DNA of 64,000 nt, taken from Patescibacteria group bacterium. Lineage in GTDB: Bacteria; Patescibacteriota; Patescibacteriia; UBA1558; GWA2-36-10. The notes beneath the pieces were generated by a model. The model saw only the letters and a program-made list of their open reading frames with translations, was not told where the DNA came from and did no database searches. The stretch spans positions 753,469-817,468 of the forward strand of contig JAHJQF010000001.1 in NCBI GenBank assembly GCA_018819405.1, given 5' to 3'. The translations under genes and the position numbers were made by a program. Below are positions 59,527 to 64,000 of this stretch, piece after piece (the first letter of the stretch is position 1; the number at the start of each line of letters is the position of its first letter).

Positions 59527-61056
59527 TTACAATTTTCTTACCATTCTCTTTTCAGCATCCACCTCAATTATGTCTCCATCTTTAAATACTTTGGTAGCAA
59601 ATTTTGTACCGACCACGCAAGGCGTAGATAATTCCCGAGCCACAATAGCCGCATGGCAAGTCAACCCGCCTTCGTCAGTGACAAAGGCGCTGGCTTTTTT
59701 CATAGCGGCTATAATATTTGGTGTAGTACTGACTGATACCAATATATCATTGTATTCCATCTTTGCCATATCAGCTGGATTATTGATTATCTTGACTGTG
59801 CCTTGGACTTTGCCAGGGCAAGCAGTTGTGCCTCTCAATTCTTTGATATTTTTTATTTCCTGTTCTTCTTCACGATGGATAGCTTTTTCAAATTCTTCTG
59901 CTTCTTGACCAATCAAGATAGACACTGTCTTATCCTGATTTGGTATTATAATGTGATATTTTTTAATACTATTTATAATTTTATTATCTGGTTCTTTACC
60001 ATCTACCAAACATTCTTTTATCATATCAAATGGCGTATTTCTAACCTGCTCGAGAGAAAGATGCAGACGCTTGCTTATTTCCGATTGCAATTTCTTAGCA
60101 TGATAATATGACTTGGCCTGATAATCTTTTCTCCGAGGCTTACCCCAGACAAATTTGCCGGCTAGATTCAACATATTTTTTTCACGTTCTGTCGGCTTAT
60201 ATTTCTTATAAAATTCTTGTTTCCTTTTTTCTAGATTTTTTCTTTTACTACCCAAATTTTTTAGTAGCTTCTCTGGGTGTTCCAACTTTATCAAATAATC
60301 ACGTATAAAACTCAAAAAATCCTCTTCGGTTGACTCTGGACCATTGTAAGCATAATAAACCCAGGCATGTTTATTAGTATGTTCTTCCAAATCTCTATAA
60401 AAATCTTTATGCAGTTCCTTTAGATCATCTAGACTTTTTGTCTCTATATCTTTACGCCAATTGTCATAATCCCAATACTTAACCATTATATTTAACAAAG
60501 CCTCTTCCTGATCCTGAGCAAATGAATTGGCTGGTGGTTCAGTAAATAAAGTATAGTAATCCTGATACTCTTTTTCGTTTACATTTTTTTTCAAATAATC
60601 ATTTAAAAAATTTTCTACATAAGTAAATTTTTGCCAATCAAGAACTGGTAAGGCTGTACCTACAGCATAAATTTTACCCTGATAATTATCAAATTTTTCT
60701 AAAAGCAATATCAATTCTTCCCCAGATAGTTTACTCAAATCAGGTTTATAAATATTATTTTCAGTCCAATTATTGAATTTCTCACCCATCTGATGAGATT
60801 GGTCAATTAAATTTTCAAAAAAATCTTTATCCTCCAGCGCCTTAGTTTTTAACTCCTCGTGAAGTTCCTGCCAAATCTTCATGTCAGCCAGGTATTCTAA
60901 ATCATTGTTTTTGGATATTATCCCCGCTACCAAAGTATTTTTTGTACCATTTACCTCTGGGTAATGAAAAAGGCCTTTGGTCCAAATATAATTTCTAAAA
61001 AAAGGAGAGTTGTAATCCCGGCCGACTATTTCCCAATTGTAATTTTTGTAACTCAT
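59527..61056 (-). CDS. PEP-utiliser mobile domain protein, paralogue 6
   Basis: VTDEGGLTCHAAIVARELSTPCVVGT. Confidence 0.88.
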   Translation of the reverse strand: MSYKNYNWEIVGRDYNSPFFRNYIWTKGLFHYPEVNGTKNTLVAGIISKNNDLEYLADMKIWQELHEELKTKALEDKDFFENLIDQSHQMGEKFNNWTENNIYKPDLSKLSGEELILLLEKFDNYQGKIYAVGTALPVLDWQKFTYVENFLNDYLKKNVNEKEYQDYYTLFTEPPANSFAQDQEEALLNIMVKYWDYDNWRKDIETKSLDDLKELHKDFYRDLEEHTNKHAWVYYAYNGPESTEEDFLSFIRDYLIKLEHPEKLLKNLGSKRKNLEKRKQEFYKKYKPTEREKNMLNLAGKFVWGKPRRKDYQAKSYYHAKKLQSEISKRLHLSLEQVRNTPFDMIKECLVDGKEPDNKIINSIKKYHIIIPNQDKTVSILIGQEAEEFEKAIHREEEQEIKNIKELRGTTACPGKVQGTVKIINNPADMAKMEYNDILVSVSTTPNIIAAMKKASAFVTDEGGLTCHAAIVARELSTPCVVGTKFATKVFKDGDIIEVDAEKRMVRKL

Positions 61057-62057
61057 ATTTTCCTTATTATTCCCTTTTCAGCATCCACCTCTACCATATC
61101 ACCGTCTTTGAAAACTTTGGTAGCAAATTTTGTGCCAATCACACAAGGAATTTTAAGCTCTCTAGCTAATATTGCAGCGTGACAGACTATACCACCCTCA
61201 TCGGTGACAATGGCTGCAGCTTTCTTCATGGCCGATACAAAATCCGGCGTGGTCATAGGAGATAGCAAAATATCACCTTCATTAAAATCTACTATTTTAT
61301 TTTTCTTTTTCAAAATTTTTATTTTGCCTTTAGCATAACCTCTGAAAGCAACTTGACCTTTTACATATTGATTATCATCAAAATTTTCAAAAACAAATTG
61401 ATAATTTTTGTTTTGCAAGGCAAAGTCTTCCAAAGAGACAATTGAAGCAAATCTACCCATGTCTACCACAAAATTATGACTTCTTTTTTCCATTTCCTCT
61501 CTTGTCGGCATATTATCTACATCTTCTATGGACAAAGTATTGGCCAGTCCCTTGGATTGAGGATAGATAAATTCTATTGATCGGCGAACAAAATTGTCTA
61601 CTTTGTCAAAAAATACATCCTTATTACGTATCCTGTTGGCTATTTTCAATATTTTTTTATCATTTCTATCATCCATGGCTGTATAATAGAATATAACAAA
61701 ATACTTCATACCAGTAGTGGCCAAATTGATAAAATTTTTCAATAGCTCTACAGAATCGCTTTTGTCCTGAGACCAGATATTTTCCAGTTTACCAAGTAGC
61801 CCCTCATATTCATCCATTCTGGAAGCAAACCAATTTTTGTCGCTATTATTTTTTCTAAAGATCTCTTCTTTGTACCAATTGATGGCTTGTCTATTTTCCC
61901 AGACCTCCATCATGCCGTCGTTGATATAATAAATATTTTTTACTTTGTGCGGATTTTCATTATCATATAGACCAAAACTCAATGCCTTATCCCACATCTG
62001 TTCAATAATCAAAGGATAATCTCTGGTATATTCTTTTTCCAAAACTATTTTTTTCAT
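61053..62057 (-). CDS. PEP-utiliser mobile domain protein, paralogue 7 (short N-terminus)
   Basis: VTDEGGIVCHAAILARELKIPCVIGT. Confidence 0.88.
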   Translation of the reverse strand: MKKIVLEKEYTRDYPLIIEQMWDKALSFGLYDNENPHKVKNIYYINDGMMEVWENRQAINWYKEEIFRKNNSDKNWFASRMDEYEGLLGKLENIWSQDKSDSVELLKNFINLATTGMKYFVIFYYTAMDDRNDKKILKIANRIRNKDVFFDKVDNFVRRSIEFIYPQSKGLANTLSIEDVDNMPTREEMEKRSHNFVVDMGRFASIVSLEDFALQNKNYQFVFENFDDNQYVKGQVAFRGYAKGKIKILKKKNKIVDFNEGDILLSPMTTPDFVSAMKKAAAIVTDEGGIVCHAAILARELKIPCVIGTKFATKVFKDGDMVEVDAEKGIIRKI

Positions 62058-63511
62058 ATTTTTCTCACTACTCCCTTATCAGCATCTACCTCTACCATAT
62101 CCCCGTCTTTAAAAAATTGCATAGCTTTTAAACATCCTACTATACAAGGAATCTTTAATTCTCTAGAAATAATAGCAGCATGAGATGTAATACCACCTTC
62201 ATCCGCTATAATAGCTGCAGCTTTTTTAGCTACAACCATCATATTTGGCTGAGTCATGCTAGTTAAAAGTATTTCATCTTTTTTAAAGTTTTTAATACTC
62301 TCTTGAAGCATGTCTAGATTACCGGCTATAACTTTTCTTATCCTCCCGCGAGCAAATCCATGCATAGCAACCTGTCCTTTTATCAGACTATTAGTATTTT
62401 TTATTTTCTTGATTCTTTGATTAAAAATTTTTCTTGATTCTTTCGATCCAATTATTTCTAATTTTTCGTTAGAATAAATATTAAGTGCAAAAGATTTTTT
62501 ACGATCATTAACAATATCTTTTATATTACTAATTTTTTGTTTATTTAATAATTTTTCAGTTTCTAGTGGAGTCATAAATCCCAACAAATCTTCCAGTGGT
62601 ATATTTATTTCATCAGCTATTTTTAGCCACATTTTTCTAGCTAAATAATAAGATCCTGACCAGTAAGCTTTAATATTCATTCTTTCAACTGCTTGATTTT
62701 GAAGAAATATTGCTAAATATTTTGCTTCATTACTATCTTTATTAAATTTAATAAAAATCTTTTTCTGTTGATTTTTTAAATCATTTTTTAGTTTTTTCAA
62801 CCTATTTAATTCTTTCTTAAAAATATTTTTTTCTTCTTTTGCTCTAGTTTTTAAGAACTTCAAAATTTTATTATCATCGAATTGACCAAAAACAAGCCAC
62901 GGGTATTTTGAAATATGTTTTAAATAATTTAAATCATTCTCTTTTTTAGAAAGTAATCTTAGCCAGTCTATATTTTCTTTTTGTATATCGTCTAAAGATA
63001 CAGCCGTTGTTAAAATTCCAAAAATATCTAACCATTTATCCTTATAATACTTCTTAGTTATCTCCTTTAATCTCTGTTCTGCTGCGTAAGTAAATTCCAT
63101 GCGTGTACTACCAAAATAAGCAATAGAGTCTATAGAGTATTCAATAAATTTTTTATGATCTATAATAATATTTGAATTTTTTCTTTTTGAATAATCTATT
63201 TTTTCTATTTTTCTAATCCACTTCCACCAGTTGATAGATTCTTTTTTATATTTAATTTTATATTTTTTATAATAATGGGGATTTAAATATTTTTCTCCTT
63301 CTTTTTTAAACTTATCTAACTGACTTTCCTGCATATAAGCAGTGATAATTTTGCCATCAAAATAACAAAAAATTTTACCAAAAGAGTATATATCTCCTCT
63401 ATACAAAAGAGCTTTAGAGGTAGCCCAATAGTTAGACATTATTGGAATACTACTCCACATAAAAACCCAATTATCTTTCTTACTTTTTAATATATATACA
63501 TAATGATTCAT
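62054..63511 (-). CDS. PEP-utiliser mobile domain protein, paralogue 8
   Basis: IADEGGITSHAAIISRELKIPCIVG. Confidence 0.88.
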   Translation of the reverse strand: MNHYVYILKSKKDNWVFMWSSIPIMSNYWATSKALLYRGDIYSFGKIFCYFDGKIITAYMQESQLDKFKKEGEKYLNPHYYKKYKIKYKKESINWWKWIRKIEKIDYSKRKNSNIIIDHKKFIEYSIDSIAYFGSTRMEFTYAAEQRLKEITKKYYKDKWLDIFGILTTAVSLDDIQKENIDWLRLLSKKENDLNYLKHISKYPWLVFGQFDDNKILKFLKTRAKEEKNIFKKELNRLKKLKNDLKNQQKKIFIKFNKDSNEAKYLAIFLQNQAVERMNIKAYWSGSYYLARKMWLKIADEINIPLEDLLGFMTPLETEKLLNKQKISNIKDIVNDRKKSFALNIYSNEKLEIIGSKESRKIFNQRIKKIKNTNSLIKGQVAMHGFARGRIRKVIAGNLDMLQESIKNFKKDEILLTSMTQPNMMVVAKKAAAIIADEGGITSHAAIISRELKIPCIVGCLKAMQFFKDGDMVEVDADKGVVRKI

Positions 63512-63529
63512 ATTATGATTTAAATTTAT

Positions 63530-64000
63530 TTAACGGGGTGAATTATTTTTATACCACTCTATAGTCTTGTCCAGACCCTCGTCAAAACTGACAGTCGGCT
63601 GCCAGCCTAGTTCTTTTTTTATTTTAGAAAAATCTATGGCATACCTGTAGTCATGGCCTAATCTGTCTTCTACACGTTCTATCATCGACTCATCTTTGCC
63701 CAATTTACTGACCAAAAGCTTGGCAATATCTATATTTCTTTTTTCGCTGTCACCGCCTACCAGATATGTCTCACCAATCTTACCACGATGCATTATCAAA
63801 TCTATGGCTCGGCAATGATCTTCTACATAGAGCCAGTCACGAATATTTTTGCCTTCACCATAAAGAGGTACTTTTTTATTTTGCAGTAAATTGGTAATAA
63901 AAAGTGGAATAAATTTTTCTACGTGTTGGTATGGTCCATAATTATTACTACAATTAGAAATTGTAATTGGCAGTCCATAAGTAGCGTGATAGGCTCGGAC
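63530..64000 (-). CDS. rfbB: dTDP-glucose 4,6-dehydratase, 5'-truncated by window edge
   Basis: Frame is open to the window end: SNCSNNYGPYQHVEKFIPL, GKNIRDWLYVEDH, DRLGHDYRYAID. Confidence 0.95.
   Translation of the reverse strand, partial: VRAYHATYGLPITISNCSNNYGPYQHVEKFIPLFITNLLQNKKVPLYGEGKNIRDWLYVEDHCRAIDLIMHRGKIGETYLVGGDSEKRNIDIAKLLVSKLGKDESMIERVEDRLGHDYRYAIDFSKIKKELGWQPTVSFDEGLDKTIEWYKNNSPR

Noticed and set aside
47209-63511. Calling the eight paralogues phosphoenolpyruvate synthase (ppsA)
   Set aside because: Only the His swivel domain is present; ATP-grasp and PEP/pyruvate-binding domains are absent.
1-64000. CRISPR array, tRNA, rRNA, IS transposase, or diversity-generating retroelement
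   Set aside because: No regularly spaced repeats, cloverleafs, rRNA motifs, transposase or reverse transcriptase were recognised by eye.

Overview
AT-rich (about 25-35% GC by eye) bacterial chromosomal segment using the standard genetic code. Gene content and style point to a Patescibacteria/CPR genome, probably Parcubacteria/ABY1-like (inference): SD-less and leaderless starts, an RpoA without a CTD, and CPR-type secreted repeat proteins. The backbone carries housekeeping genes (pyrD, fmt/def, gltX, xer, ftsQ, alr, serS, lysS), a surface-glycan locus (Wzx, GT2/GT4, O-antigen ligase), the infA-rpmJ-rpsM-rpsK-rpsD-rpoA-rplQ-rplM-rpsI operon and a dcw cluster (mraY-murD-ftsW-murG-murC-murB) interrupted by accessory hydrolases. 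Two features stand out. (1) From 47.2 to 63.5 kb, eight paralogues pair a highly divergent N-terminus with a conserved C-terminal phospho-His swivel (PEP-utiliser mobile) domain but have no ATP-grasp or PEP-binding domain. They are interleaved with rml genes, a HAD hydrolase, an MtxX-like protein, a CDP-alcohol-transferase-like protein and a frameshifted kinase. (2) Small GC-rich (about 55-65%) self-contained transcription units lie at about 30.5, 46.1 and 59.0 kb, plus two convergent structured RNAs at 14.7-15.1 kb. Each has a TTGACA-N17 extended -10 promoter and an intrinsic terminator, the coding ones have an SD, and the GC shift coincides with the transcript boundaries. Also present are a dif-like 28-bp site upstream of xer and several REP-like palindromes. 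No rRNA, tRNA, CRISPR array or transposase was recognised.
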